A stretch of DNA of 64,000 nucleotides from the human T2T-CHM13v2.0 reference genome, Homo sapiens, in NCBI RefSeq assembly GCF_009914755.1, contig NC_060936.1; one strand, given 5' to 3'. Below, piece by piece: positions 46,093 to 59,195 of this stretch. Under the pieces are notes generated by a model. It was given only the letters and a program-made list of their open reading frames with translations. It searched no databases and was not told where the DNA came from. A program made the translations under genes and the position numbers. Numbering within the stretch: position 1 is the stretch's first letter; the number at the start of each line of letters is the position of its first letter.

Positions 46093-49000
46093 TCCTGGGA
46101 CCACCCTAAGCCCGAGCCCTCTGGCATCAGCCAGTGAGGAAGGGCCCTGACCAGGTGGCCTCAGGGACAGTGTGGGGTCCTCCTGGGTCAGGAACTGGGA
46201 GCTGCTGTCAGAGGAAACATCTGAGGTGACCCTAAAGTCCACAGAAAACCAGGGAGGCCAGGGCGGGCTCGGTCCAGCCTCACGTGGGCAGAGACCCCAA
46301 CCTACGTCTCAACCCCTCCCCACACCTGCCCCCCATATTCTGACACCTGCACCCAGGGCGCCCTTCTGGGAACGGCTCCTGAACCTCGGCCTGTGCTGAA
46401 GAGTCAGGGACGCTGGGCTCTGAGCGGTTCTGGCCGGTCCCCTCCACCAGGGCCCCCGAGTCCCTCCGGCTGGGCCAAGGTGGAGCCCACGGCGGGTGAG
46501 GCAGGAGGAGCAGCTCTGCCTTCAAGGGGAGACTCACTCTCAAGCACCCCTGGGCCCATCTTAGGCCACGGTGGGACCGAGGCTGGCGGGACCAGGACCT
46601 GAGGGCACTGGGGCAGCCTGAGAAGCCAGGCCTTGGTGGATGGAGAGGCTGCCGCCCCGGGCCCTGCTCAGAGGCTCCTCAGCCTCTCTGGCTGTGTCCA
46701 GCGGGCTGACCCTCGGGGTCCAGGCTGTAAGTCCACTGGCCCCTGCCAGGGTTTGGCCAAAAGAGGGCACAGTCAGGAGCAAGAGGAAACAAGGAGGGGG
46801 CGCAGGGTGGGCCCCATGCCCTGAGATTTCTCACTGCACCCTCCACAGCCCGGTGTCCCTGGGAAAGCCCTCTGCGCCCCCAACTCCCGCTGACCTGGGC
46901 AGGGCCCTGCATACCCGCTCCTTCCCCCCCCATCCCCAGGGCCATGGCTGTGGCTGCTCTCTGGGTGGCCCTGGGCCCTGCACCTCAACTTGCAGTGAGC
47001 TCCCCCTGTGCTCTCCTGCCTCCCATCAAGTCACTTTAGCCTCCTGAGGAGGTCAGAACCCAGTGGGGCCAAGAGGCCTGGGTGGGGTGGGGCTCCCCGT
47101 GGGCATCGGCTGTTCTAAACCATGGCCCTGGGGCAGCCTCAAAGGACAGGGGAGGACGCGGGGCCACAGGGTGGAACTTGTCCAGGGCAGGCAGATGAGA
47201 GGCCTCTCCTCACTAGTTGTGCCTCATTCTTCCACCTGGGACAGGCACAACCTCCTTCCCACCCCAACCTGGGCCACCCCTCACCGGAGCCACCCAGGGT
47301 CCTCTTCCTCCAGCCTTAATGCTGTTTAACTGCCCTGAAGTATTTGTCCTGGGCTGTGGAGGCCAAGGGCAAGGCCTGACGGGGTGAAATGCAGTTTCCT
47401 CCCAGGTCTGGGAATCCCCTGGTCTCTCTTTCAGATTCCATTGTCATTTCAGAATTCCAGTTTTTAACACAGATCAGTCCTCGCCTCGGGGCAGCCGCTC
47501 CTCCCAGCACCCAGGGCAGCTGGCCTGGAGGGGGCTCCCCCTGGCAGGGCCCAGCTCTCCATGCAAAGCCCTCTAGCAGGAAGGGGAACTCCCCCAGAGC
47601 CCTGTGGGGAGTGAGGAGTTAACTCTCACGTGGTCTCTGGTCCTGGGACCACAAGAGCTCAGGAAGGATTTTCCCGCCTCTCAGGGCCTGGTCCTAATCT
47701 GACTTGTGATCTGGAGGCCTCAGAACTTGGAAAAAAAGAAACATGTCGTTCATGTAACAGAAATCAGATATGTCTTTCTGAGACAGCTCCGAGCCCAAGT
47801 GAAGGTGAAAAGCGAACGTCGGCTTTCTTCTTGCTAAAATTTCAAGTTCAGATTTTATGTTCTCAAATAATTTGTCATGTAGATCAGGTACCTTAGGTCA
47901 AAAACGTGTCATGAACATTCAGACACAGATGACAAATGACGATGAGAGGAACAGCTTGCTATGTTTCCTCAACAAATCCCAAGCAGCCCTGACACAGAGG
48001 CCTCTGGGAGCCGGGCTAGGTCAATAACAGCAATCAATCAATTAGGCCGTCAGCATCCCTTACCAAAAGGAAGGAGGTTCCCTGTGCACGCTGGAAAAAT
48101 ACATCCAAGGGAACAAGCAGAGTGGGATGAAGGACCGCCTGCTGATGGTCACAGACTAACCCACCTACCGTACCAACCTAACCCCACCCCAGGAATAAAT
48201 CAGGGCTGCAGTTAAACAGATCAACAAAAGCAAACACGCACAGCCTCCTGCGGTGCCACAGTTCTCACGGCGACTTTCTCCCGGTGTAGACCGCTGTGTG
48301 TGGCTGCCTGGGGAATCCGGGGTCGTGACTTAAGACAGAGGGCAGAACACTCTGGACAGTTCTGATGTCTAAATGGTGTTGGCCACCCCTCCTGTGCCGT
48401 GCTGGGTCCCAGCAAGGGGAAGATGGAGAGGGAGGACCCTGCCCAGAGTCCCACCGTGCGACGTTGGAACTGCAGGAAAAGGAGGGTCTGAGCAAGTCCC
48501 CACCGCCCCGCCACTGCTCCCCTCCACGGGGCTGGGGCACCTGCCTGAGGCCCCGTCCCGTCCCCACCCACGTCCTGTCAGAACCCACAGGCTGGGGTGC
48601 TCAGAGACCCGGAGCATCTGGGAGGGATGGAAAGCTCTCAGGACAGACGTCCAGGAAAATGTCACTTCTCTTAATGGCTCTCCTTTCCAGGGCTTCCTCA
48701 ATTAGGATAACGAGGCTCTGCATGCTTCCCTGCCTGCCAAGCACAGCGGTTGAAATTTTATATTAGAAACATTCATTTCCTCTCATAGTAGAATTATTTT
48801 TTAATTTTACTTTGAAGTGTGGTCTCTGCATGAAATACAAGCCTAATTAGATCATGGTGGTAATGTATTCAAACCATAAGAATGAGAAGTGATTTGAAAC
48901 TCTCTCGTTCCCACACCCTTTATAATTCAGCAGTAAACGGCATATTTATGGGAGTGGGTGAACAGTTACCGGGTGCACCACCATTGCCAGACATTTATCA

Positions 49001-49399
49001 GGGACCCTGGGGCTCTGCAGGAGCCAAGAAACCCGGGACATTCCGAAGCTCCTGCTTCAGAGGTCAGCACAGCTGGGGAGGCAGGACAGGATCCAATATC
49101 AGAGAGGAGCTGGGGTCTTGCTGAGCACAGGGGTGTCTGGGGAGAGCAGCTGGGGGCTCATCAGAGCAGACAGAAACTCTGGGGACGGCTCTCCAGTCGT
49201 GGGTGCCGCGGGCACCAGGATGTTACCAAAGGCTTTGATGGAAGTAGCGTTTCCTAAACATCGGCCCACCCATGTGGTGGGAGGGGTGCAGCGGGCACAG
49301 CCTCAGAACCTGGCTCTCCACGGCCCCCTCATTTCTCTCCGAATTTTCCCAGGCTGATAAGACTGAAGTTGGGGTGGGAGGAACAGAGAAGGGTACCAA

Positions 49400-49620
49400 C
49401 TAGGACTTCATTTGTCAGGGACAGAACCCACTTCAAACTGGCTTAAGAATGAAAGGGATTTATTGGTTCATGTAACTCAGAGGTGCAAGGGTAGCTACCT
49501 TCAGGTGTGGCTGGATCCAGGGGCTCCTGTGATGCAGCTGGGACCTCCCCACGCCCTCAGCTCTGCCTCCCTCCATGATGGCTCCATGGTCAGCCAGGCT
49601 CCCCTTGGCATCTTCATCTG
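49400..49620 (-). mobile_element. MLT1K-like LTR fragment
   Basis: GACAGAACCCACTTCAAACTGGCTTAAG...ATTTATTGGTTCATGTAACT...CTTCAGGTGTGGCTGGATCCAGGGGCTC. Confidence 0.7.
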
Positions 49621-50099
49621 CGTCCAACAGGGGTGGGCTCCTCCAAGGCAAAGCAAAAGCCATTACTGGAGAGAGGGAGGCAGCTGGTGCAGAAACCAGT
49701 GCCCCTGGTGGATGGGAGGGTGGGGCTTTTCCTGAGATGGAAAAGGCAGACTGAGGGGCACAGGCTGCTGTGGCCCAGACTAAAGCCATCACCGTCTGGT
49801 CTGCCTGGTCTGTGGGGACCCTCCTCGGCCTCAGCGCCCCGTCTGCAGTGCCCACCCACCAGGGCCCACTGATCCCCATTCCCAGGGGTGCAGGGCTCCT
49901 CTGCTGGAAGAGGGTTCTGGGCCAGTTTGTCTCTGGGGCACTGAGGAGGGCAGATGCTGCTCCACCAACCCCGCTTCCCCGCGGAGATGCCCTGGAGCTC
50001 AGCTCAGGTGAGTTTCCGCCCCACGAATGAGGGGTCAGGTTCTCCATGGAGACGGCGCGGGGGGATGCCGCACAGCTGCTGAAACAGAGGCCCAGGAGG

Positions 50100-50345
50100 G
50101 TTATTTTATTTTCATGAAGAACCGTTTACAAAACACCATGCAGTGAGAAAGTCAGGCTTAAGAATAACCTGGACGGGGTGGTTACATTTTTTGTTAACAA
50201 AGAAAAACATATCACCTGTCTGTATTTGTGCAACTCGGGAAAACGTTGGCCATGGATGGGGACTTTGTTTTTTTTTTTTACGTCTCTACAGTCTCTAAAT
50301 TTCCTGCAATGATGAGTTGTGCTTAGAATAGGAAAATATCGGGAA
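50100..50345 (+). mobile_element. Old L1ME 3'-end remnant
   Basis: GTGAGAAAGTCAGG...TCTAAATTTCCTGCAATGA. Confidence 0.4.
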
Positions 50346-51850
50346 AGTTAATTTTAAAAGGAGAAATTGTAGGGCGGACAGCCTCCCTTGGTGGGAGCAG
50401 GGCTTCTTCGGAGATGCTGGAAGGGCAACACCCTGGCTGGGGGCCCTGACCCAGGAGGAGGCCAGAACTCAGGGACTGGGACTGTGGGGGCCTCCCTGGG
50501 CGAGGCATCTCCGGACAGGAACAGAACTGACTGAGGTTCATGAAGGAGTAGTCAGGCGTCTGGGATACCCAGGAAATTAGGCACCGGAAGACACCAGGGA
50601 GGGACAGGCGCTGTGCAGGAGACGGGGAGGGAGGGAGGCGAGCCCAGGAGAGGAGCCCACACCAGCCCCGCACTGCTCACCCACACACTTGCCTCCTGGT
50701 CCAAGGAAGAAATGAGACTCACACTGGGCTCCCAGGTGCAGGAGCCTCAGGCGGGGGCTGCTCCCTGCCCCCACTGAGTGCAAACACTGGGCCTGCACTG
50801 CCCACACCTGCACCCCCAATGTGTCCAGTCGCTCCCCAATTCTTTTATTTTTTACACTTTAAAAACTGGGATATCATTCACATACCATATAATTGCACCA
50901 ACTGCACAAGTTACTAGTTTCTAGTACATTCCTAGAGTTATGCAACAGTCATATTTTCATCACCCCACCCCCCAAAAACTGCGTGCATTCCTCTCTCCAT
51001 TCCCCAGCCCCTGGCAACCACCAGCTGCTTTCTGTGTCTATGGATTGGCAGTTTCTGGGCCCCTTATATGAATGGAATCGTATGGCATGTGGCCTCTGTG
51101 TCTGGCTTCTTTCACTTAGCAAAATGTTCTCATGGTTCATTCACTATGTAGCCTGTGGCGGTGCTTTATTGCCTCCTATGGCTAAATAACGTTCCATCGT
51201 AGAGATGGACCACATTTTCTAATCCATTCATCTGTTGATGGACATTTGTGTTATTTCCACCCTTCGGCTATTATGAATAATGCTGCCATGACCATTTGTG
51301 TATGAGTATTTGCGTAAACATGTCTTCCAGTTCTCTTGAGTGTCTATCTAGGAGTGGAATAGCTGAGTCATGGGATAATTCTATGATTAACTTTTTGAGG
51401 AACTGCCCAATTATTTTCTCTATCGGCATCACCATTTTACATTCACACCAACAATGAATAAAGGATCCAGTTCCTCCATATCCTCACCAATACTTATTCT
51501 TTTATTATTTTGCTTTTTTTTAAAATTATAGGCATCCCAGTGGGTATGAAGTGGTATCTCATTGTGATTTTGATTGAATTTCCCTGATGGCTAAAGATGC
51601 AAATTTTTTCATGTGCTTATTGGACATTTGTGTATCTTCTTTGCACAAATGTCTATTCAAATACTTTGCCTATTTTAAAATTTATTTCTCATTCTACTGT
51701 TGAGTTCTAAGAATTCTTCATATATCCTGGATACCAGATACTTATCAGATATTCTCTGGGTTGCCTTTTCACTTTCTTGATAGTGTTCCTTGGTGCATAC
51801 ATGTTTTAATTTTGATGAAGTCCAATTTATGTTTTTTCCCCTTGGTTATT

Positions 51851-51887
<37 letters not shown>
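51851..51887. repeat. (TG)3(TA)15 microsatellite
   Basis: Directly visible. Confidence 0.95.
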
Positions 51888-51889
<2 letters not shown>

Positions 51890-52165
51890 AATCTAAGAAA
51901 CAGTTGCCTAATCCAGGGTCATGAAGATTTGTACTTTTGTGTTTTTTAAGGGTTTTATATTTTTAGCTATTATTTCTAGGTCTTTAATTCATTTTGAGTT
52001 ATTTGTCATACATAATGTGAGGTGAGGATCCAAGTTCACTCTTCTGTGGACTATTCAGTTTGTAGCTTTATAGTAAGTTTTGAACTTGAGAGTGTGAGTC
52101 CTCCAGTTTTGTTCTTTTTTCAAAGTTGTTTTGGCTATTCTAGGTCCCTTGCATGTCCACATGAA

Positions 52166-52288
52166 TTTTATTTTTTTACTTGTATAAATTTATGCAGTTT
52201 ATAAATGTATGGGGTAAGCGATAAATTGGGGTACAAGTGCAATTTTGTTGCATGCATAGATTGCATAATGGTCAAGTCAGGGCTTTTA
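52166..52288 (-). mobile_element. Short L1PB-like 3' end inserted into the L1MB
   Basis: GGGGTACAAGTGCAATTTTGTTGCATGCATAGATTGCATAATGGTCAAGTCAGGGCTTTTA; flanks ATGAATT/ATGGAATT; the host L1 resumes at TTAGAATCAGC. Confidence 0.7.
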
Positions 52289-53600
52289 TGGAATTAGAAT
52301 CAGCTTATTCATTTTTACAAAAGAGACAGTTGGAGTTTTCTAGTGATTGCATTAAATCTGTATCAATTTGGCACACACTGCCACCCTAACAGTATTCAGT
52401 CTCCCAATACATGAGCATGGGATGTCTTTCCATTTATTAGTTCTTTAATTTTTCAACAATGTTTCATAGTTTTCAGTATGCAAATATTGCATGTCTTTAG
52501 TTGAATTTATTCCTGTTTTATTCCTTTTGATGCTTTTATAGATGGCACTTATTTCTTAATTTCCATTGTAGTTTTTTCATTGATAGTGTTTAGCAGTGAA
52601 GCTGAGATTGTGTATTGATCTTGTATTCTGCATCCTTGCTGAACTCATTTATTAGCTCTAACCGATTTTGTGTGTGGGTGTGTGTAGGTTGTTTAGCGTT
52701 TTCTATAGATAAGATCATATCCTCAGCAAATGGAGATAATTTTACTTCTTCCTTTCCAATCCAGATGCCTTTTATCTCATGTCCTTACCTAAGTGCCATA
52801 GCTGGAACTTCCAGTACAATATTGAATGGAAATGGTGAGCACAGACATCCTTATCTTATTCTTCATCTTATGGGAAAATAGTTCCATCTTCCACTCTGAA
52901 GCATGATGTTAGCTATAGGCTTTTCATAGATGCCCTTCAGCTGGTTGAGGAAGTTCCCTTCATTCCTAATTTGTTGAATACTTTTTTTATGAAAAAGTGT
53001 TGGATTTGTCAAATGCAACTATTTTTTTCCACATCTATTGAGATATCACATAGTTTTAGTTCTTTGCTCTATTAATATACTGTTATATTGATAGATTTTC
53101 TTATGTTGAATCAACATGGCATTCCAGGGGAAAAAATCTTATTTGGTAATAATTTTTAATTATAATTTTATATGCTCCTCAGTTTAGATTAATAGTACCT
53201 TGTTGAGGAGTTTTGTGTCTGTATTCTTAAGGCCATTGATCTATGGTTTCCTTTTTTGTAATACTTTTGTCTGGTTTTAGTGTCAGGGTACTAACTGGCC
53301 TCAGAGAATGAGTTAGGAAGTATTCCATACTCACATATTTTAGGAGAGTTTTTGAAGGATTGGTGTTTCTTCTTTGAACATTTGGAGAATTTCTCAATGA
53401 AACCATCTAGTCCTGTAATTTACTTTGTAGAAATTGTTATTATTTATGAACTCAATGTCTTTACTTATTATAGGTCTAGTCAAGCTTTCTCTTTCTTCTT
53501 GGGTCAGTTTTGGAAATTTGCAACTTTCTAGGGATTGTTCCTTTCATTTAGGTTTTCTAATTTGTTGGTGTACATGGTACATTGTATTTACTTATAATCC

Positions 53601-53900
<300 letters not shown>

Positions 53901-55097
53901 ATATTTCCTTACAATCTTTCATTCTTCATAAGCTTGGTAGTAATGCTCTTCTTTCATTTCTAATTTTAATCATTTGAATCGTCCCTCTTTTTTCGTGGGT
54001 CAACATAGCTAAAGTTTGGTCGATTTTCTTGATTCTTCAAAATGAGTAGAATTCCATTTATTTCTGCTCTAATCTGTATTCACTTTTTTCTTCTTCCTTT
54101 GGACTTAGTGTGCTCTTCTTTTCCCAGCTTCCTAAGGTGGAAAGTTAGGTTAATGACTTGAGATATTTCTTCTTGTCTAATCTAGATGTATGTGGCTATA
54201 ATAAATTTCCCTGTGACACAGCATCCCATAAATTCTGGTATATTGTGCTTTTGTTTTTATCCATCTCAAAGTATTTTCTAATATCCCTTATGATTTCTTC
54301 TTGACCCATTTTATTGTTCAGAAATATGTTGTCTAATTTTCACATATAGACCAATTTACCAAGTTTTCTTCTATTACAGATTTCTAATTTCACTCCAGTG
54401 TTGTTGGAGAACTTACTTGGTATAATGTCATTCTTTAAAATTTCCTGAGACTTATTTTATCACCTGGAATAGGATGTATTCTTCGTATCATGTGAACGTG
54501 GAGAGAATGTGTTTCCTGCTGTTGTTGGGTGAAATGTTCTGCACATGGCCTGCCCCAGATGAGAGCCAGTGGGTCATGAGGAACAAGGGGCTCATCAGTA
54601 ATTAGTCAGTTTGCTGGCTGCTGCAGATACTGGTTCAGTGATGGTGCCACAGACACTGGGGGAGGAGCAGGCTTCCTGCTGAGAGCTGTGCTGGAGCTGC
54701 CCCGTGTCAACAGTTAGAATAACAACAGCTTTCAGCATGCAAACGCTGCAGCTGTGGGTCCAAGCAATGGCAGGCAAGTCCCTCCCGCAATGTGCCATTC
54801 TGATATAACCACCTTCCAACCCTCCCGTGAAGCACCCTGCACATGAATCAGGAGCTGGGCGTTCACACCGGCCACGGGGCGTCCTCTGCACCGCTGTGCC
54901 TCTCAGCGCCACTGCCCCCTTCCTGCTTTGGACGGAATTGCATTTTAAAAATAAAACAGGCCAGTCTTTTGTAGATACCTGAGGACTTTTACCTTTTCAT
55001 GGGGATCTGGCTATTCACGATGCTAGTAACAGCTATTCATTTGGAAGGGGTGTTGCACGACTCAGTCTCCAGGCATAAGGAGAATGGGGTCCCGAGA

Positions 55098-55454
<357 letters not shown>

Positions 55455-55584
55455 TGAAGACTATTTGAAGATTGTTGCAATAATTTTTGTGTTTTATAAA
55501 GACGTGAATTCAAGTACATCTCTGTTCAGGCTCTTTGTATACCTAAAGTCTTATGCCTAATTTCAAAGGAGTTTACACTCTATG

Positions 55585-55830
55585 AGAGTATTATTGAACA
55601 TTTAATAAGAGTCAGGCAAATGCTTTACATGATTTATCTCGTTTAATCCTCACAACCATCCATTGTCACTAGGTAGGCCATACTGTCTTCCCTATACTAT
55701 AAGTGAAGAAATTGAGGCCTTGGCAAGATTATGCACACTGGGCAATATCTCACAGCCAGTATATGTGGAGTCTAAATTTGAATCCAGGTGGTCTGAATCT
55801 AGAAGCTATATTCATGAACAATTTAACCTT
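55585..55830 (-). mobile_element. MIR
   Basis: TGCTTTACATG..TTATCTCGTTTAATCCTCACAAC...GAAGAAATTGAGGC...ATTTGAATCCAGG. Confidence 0.8.
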
Positions 55831-55919
55831 TTATAATATAAATGTAAATGGACTTGCTTGAAGACAGAAAGTATTAACAGGAGTATATGATGCCTAGAGT
55901 CTAGGAATAGAACCAGAAA

Positions 55920-56140
55920 CTCATGGTGAAGGGGTTAAGAGCATGAGCTTTGGGGACAGGAGGTAGCCCTTGGTTTCATTTCCAACCAATCCTTATTACC
56001 TCTGTAATTATATACAAGTTCCTGAAGACCTCTCAGAACTTTTGTTTCTTCATCTGCAAAAGAAGGTCATTGTGATGATGTATTTTATGTAAAACACATA
56101 GCACAGAATATAACACATAGTAAGTCCTTAATAAATATTA
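55920..56140 (+). mobile_element. MIR
   Basis: GGGGTTAAGAGCATGAGCTTTGG...TTTCTTCATCTGCAAAA...CACATAGTAAGTCCTTAATAAATATTA. Confidence 0.75.
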
Positions 56141-56668
56141 AGCAAAAGAGGGAAAGATATTCTAACTTTATCCATAACTATCTCTGAATGTTTATAAACA
56201 GAGTCCCTAGGGAAATACAAGTGCTGCCTGAATATCTGTGTTTAAGTGTAAACCCATCTAAATAAAATCAATTAAACTGGAAGCAATATTTCATAAGGAA
56301 AAGACTAGAGGTTTCAGCTCTTAGCCTGCCTGCTATTAACCATCTCTGGGATCTTACTTAATATAGGACTTCATCATCACGATGCAGTTTAAGAGACTGC
56401 TTCCTGAACCGTCTATTCCAGACTTATGCTGTGTCCTGGGGAGGTAAGAGGGCTTATACATTGCCCGTGCCCCAACTTCACTAGATCAAGATTCTTCTCA
56501 CTGATTAAATGCATAGGTGGAAGGTGAGAAAGGTTTTACTAAGCTGATTTAAATTATTTTGATTTTAAAATTAAAATTATTGTGATTTTTATCATTTAAT
56601 TATTTTGCCAGATGCATCTATTGGGTATTAATGTAATGAATCACAGTTAAAAGTTTTCCCAATTATCA

Positions 56669-56700
56669 AAAATAAATAAATAAATAAATAAATAAATAAA
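56669..56700. repeat. (AAAT)n tetranucleotide
   Basis: Directly visible. Confidence 0.9.
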
Positions 56701-57259
56701 ACAAAGAGCATTTGCAGTGAGAATGGGCTGCAGTAGGGTGAGCACTGATGGGAATTGAAGTCCACAAGCTGGCAGGTGGGGCCCTCGTCCCCCGGGGACA
56801 TGGCATAGGGAAGCAGGAGAGGCGCCCAGGCCTTGTGGCCCTGAGGTTTATGTGACTGGGAGGGTGTTCCTGGGGAAGACACTACAAAATCACACAGACA
56901 GAGTTGCAAGGGACCCTCTCACACTCTGCAGAGGCCCATGTGACACGGCAGGGACAGGAACTGCAAGCAGCTCCACTGCAGGAGCACCTGCCCCCCTTGT
57001 GGCCATGCAGGGCAGACGCAGCCCGGCCATGCAGCAGCTCCCAGCCACTCCTCACATGCCCACAGCAACTATCGCTTAAGGAAGAGAGGTCTCCCGACCA
57101 CAGTCACCAGGCCACACGCTCCCTCCAATGGCTCCCTTCCTTTCTGGGTCAAAGCCTGACACTCCCTGGCTCCTGCCCCACCCCTGCCTCAACATCTGTG
57201 CCCAGCCCCACAGCTCCATCTGCTCCTTAAACCCCCGAGCTCCTTACCTGGACATCAAT

Positions 57260-57610
57260 GTGGTGGGGAAGGCCAGCGAGGAGCCTTAGAGGACGTGACT
57301 TTTAAGCAGAATCCTTAAGAAAGAGTGGAACGTGGCCAGGTGGAAATCTGACGGAAGTGTCCAGCAAAGGCAGGCCCGAGTCCCAGGATCCCCGATGGTT
57401 AGGAGCTTGGTTGGCTGAGGACAGGTGTGGGCAGCTCCTGCTGAGGCAGGAGAGGTAGGCAGCGCCAGGCAGTCAGGGCCTATTAGGACGAGGACTCACC
57501 CAGCCTGAGGAGACTCTGAGGAAACACGTGATGCAGACAGACTTAAAACTGTAAGAGGCCCCATGGCTGCTCTGGACAGGGAGGGTTGGCGGGACAAAGG
57601 CAGGTGGAGG
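57260..57610 (-). mobile_element. L2 fragment
   Basis: GAGGACGTGACTTTTAAGCAGAATCCTTAAG...TCCAGCAAAGG...GTGATGCAGACAGACTTA. Confidence 0.5.
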
Positions 57611-58213
57611 CGCCACGGAGTCTGTTCATGGGGGTTCAGGAGAGAGTGATGAGGGTGGGCTGGCACCGAGGGGGCTCCTCCAAGGGAGGGTTATGAGAAA
57701 TTCCCTTGGGGCCAAAGGGGATTGACATGTGGTCATGGGAAGGGCAGCCCGGAGACTCCCTCCTGAATAGTCACCAAGGTCCAGTTCCCTTGTGCATGGC
57801 GGAACCCAGGCCTGTGGGCGGCTCTTCCACCCCATGGGGTGGGGGCACAGGACAGGGAGGAAGCACTTTGGGGACCCCTCAGAGCCCCGGTTCAGCGAAC
57901 CTCAGGAGCCCGCGCAACCCACAGCCCATTCTGGAAATGGTGGTATCCCACCCAGGGGCCCAGTGGGGAGGGGAGGTGGGCCAGGCTTTCCACTGTGCTC
58001 TCCTTGTCATCTGCAGCTGAGACTCCAGCCCAGCTCACTCCTGTGTCTTCTCGTCCTAATCTCTGACATGAGTACAGTAGGACTCACCCGACAGCAGGTG
58101 CTCTCAGATCCCTGCCCATTTCTGGCCAAAAGAGCCTTCAGGACAGCCCGGCAGTGCCAGGAATCGGGAAGCTCATGGGGACCGCAAGGTCTGGAGATGG
58201 GAGGGCAGGGGAA

Positions 58214-58324
58214 TGTGTGTGTGTATGTGTGTCTGTGTGTCTGTGTACGTGTGTGTGTGTGTGTCTGTGTATGTATGTGTGTGCATATGTATGTGTATGT
58301 GTGTGTATATGTGTGTGTGTGTGT
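58214..58324. repeat. Imperfect (TG)n/(TATG)n microsatellite
   Basis: Directly visible. Confidence 0.95.
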
Positions 58325-58659
58325 CCTTCCTGGAGCTTCTTAGTGTACCTGCAAATGCCTCCAAGAGCAACCCACGTGCCTGTCCTGGGCCTGTGGCCCT
58401 GATGCCCTTTCATCCATGCCCCGCCCTTCCTGATCTGCTGGGAATTTGTGGGGGTTGGGGGCTGATCTGCTGTGAATTTGTAGAGTTGGGCTTCCCACAC
58501 CCCTGGTCAGCTAGCCTCAGGCTGAGCTCAGACAGTGAGAGGCCCTGGTGGGTGATGGGGGGCGGGGAGGAGCCAGGCTATTCCCCATCCTTCTCTGCCT
58601 CAAGCGCCTCGGGCAGCTGCCTGTCTTCCCTGCCAGCTCCACGTCTCAAGGGTCCTGGG

Positions 58660-59195
58660 GCCACCACACACTGCGTGATTAGAGAGTGGACTCCATGGCT
58701 TATTACAGAGAAAGGCCACGTAGCAAGATCAGCAGGGGAGAAAGACCCAGGGGAGTCCACCAAACACGCGTCTTGCTCCAGCAACCAAGTCAGCAACACA
58801 TCCAGAGTGTCGCTTCCCAGGGAGGCCGTGTAGGTCTCCGAGTGCGGGGCTTCTACAGGGGGCTGGTCACATAGGCACCCTCTGCCTGTGCAGCCACTGT
58901 GGTGACAGAAGTCAGGCGTGCGCTGATCACACTGCAGAGTCCAGGCAGCTGGTAGGGAACGGCTTAGTTCCCTGAGTGCACAAACGACCTGGTCAACCAG
59001 TCACTCAGGAAACGTTCCAAAAGCCAAGTTCCCGGATGCTGGCTGGGGATTACCCGGATGCTGGCTGGGGATCACCCGGATGCTGGTTGGGGATCACCCG
59101 GATGCTGGCTGGGGCTCATCGCTGCACACGGGCCTCCATGAACACGCGTCAGAATCAGGCAGCCTCCGGCCTGCTGCGCACGTCGTTCCTGCACA
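58660..59195 (-). mobile_element. MER21-family ERVL solo LTR (decayed, GC-shifted)
   Basis: GGGGCTGGTCACATAGGCACCCTCTGCCT...AAGCCAAGTTCCC...GGCCTGCTG...CTGCACA terminus. Confidence 0.65.
59031..59118. repeat. 22-bp tandem repeat x4 (CCCGGATGCTGGCTGGGGATCA)
   Basis: Units at 59031, 59053, 59075 and 59097. Confidence 0.95.

Noticed and set aside
50051-50076. Solo look-alike of the 31-bp VNTR unit (CGCGGGGGGATGCCG)
   Set aside because: A short GC-rich match with indels, compatible with chance.
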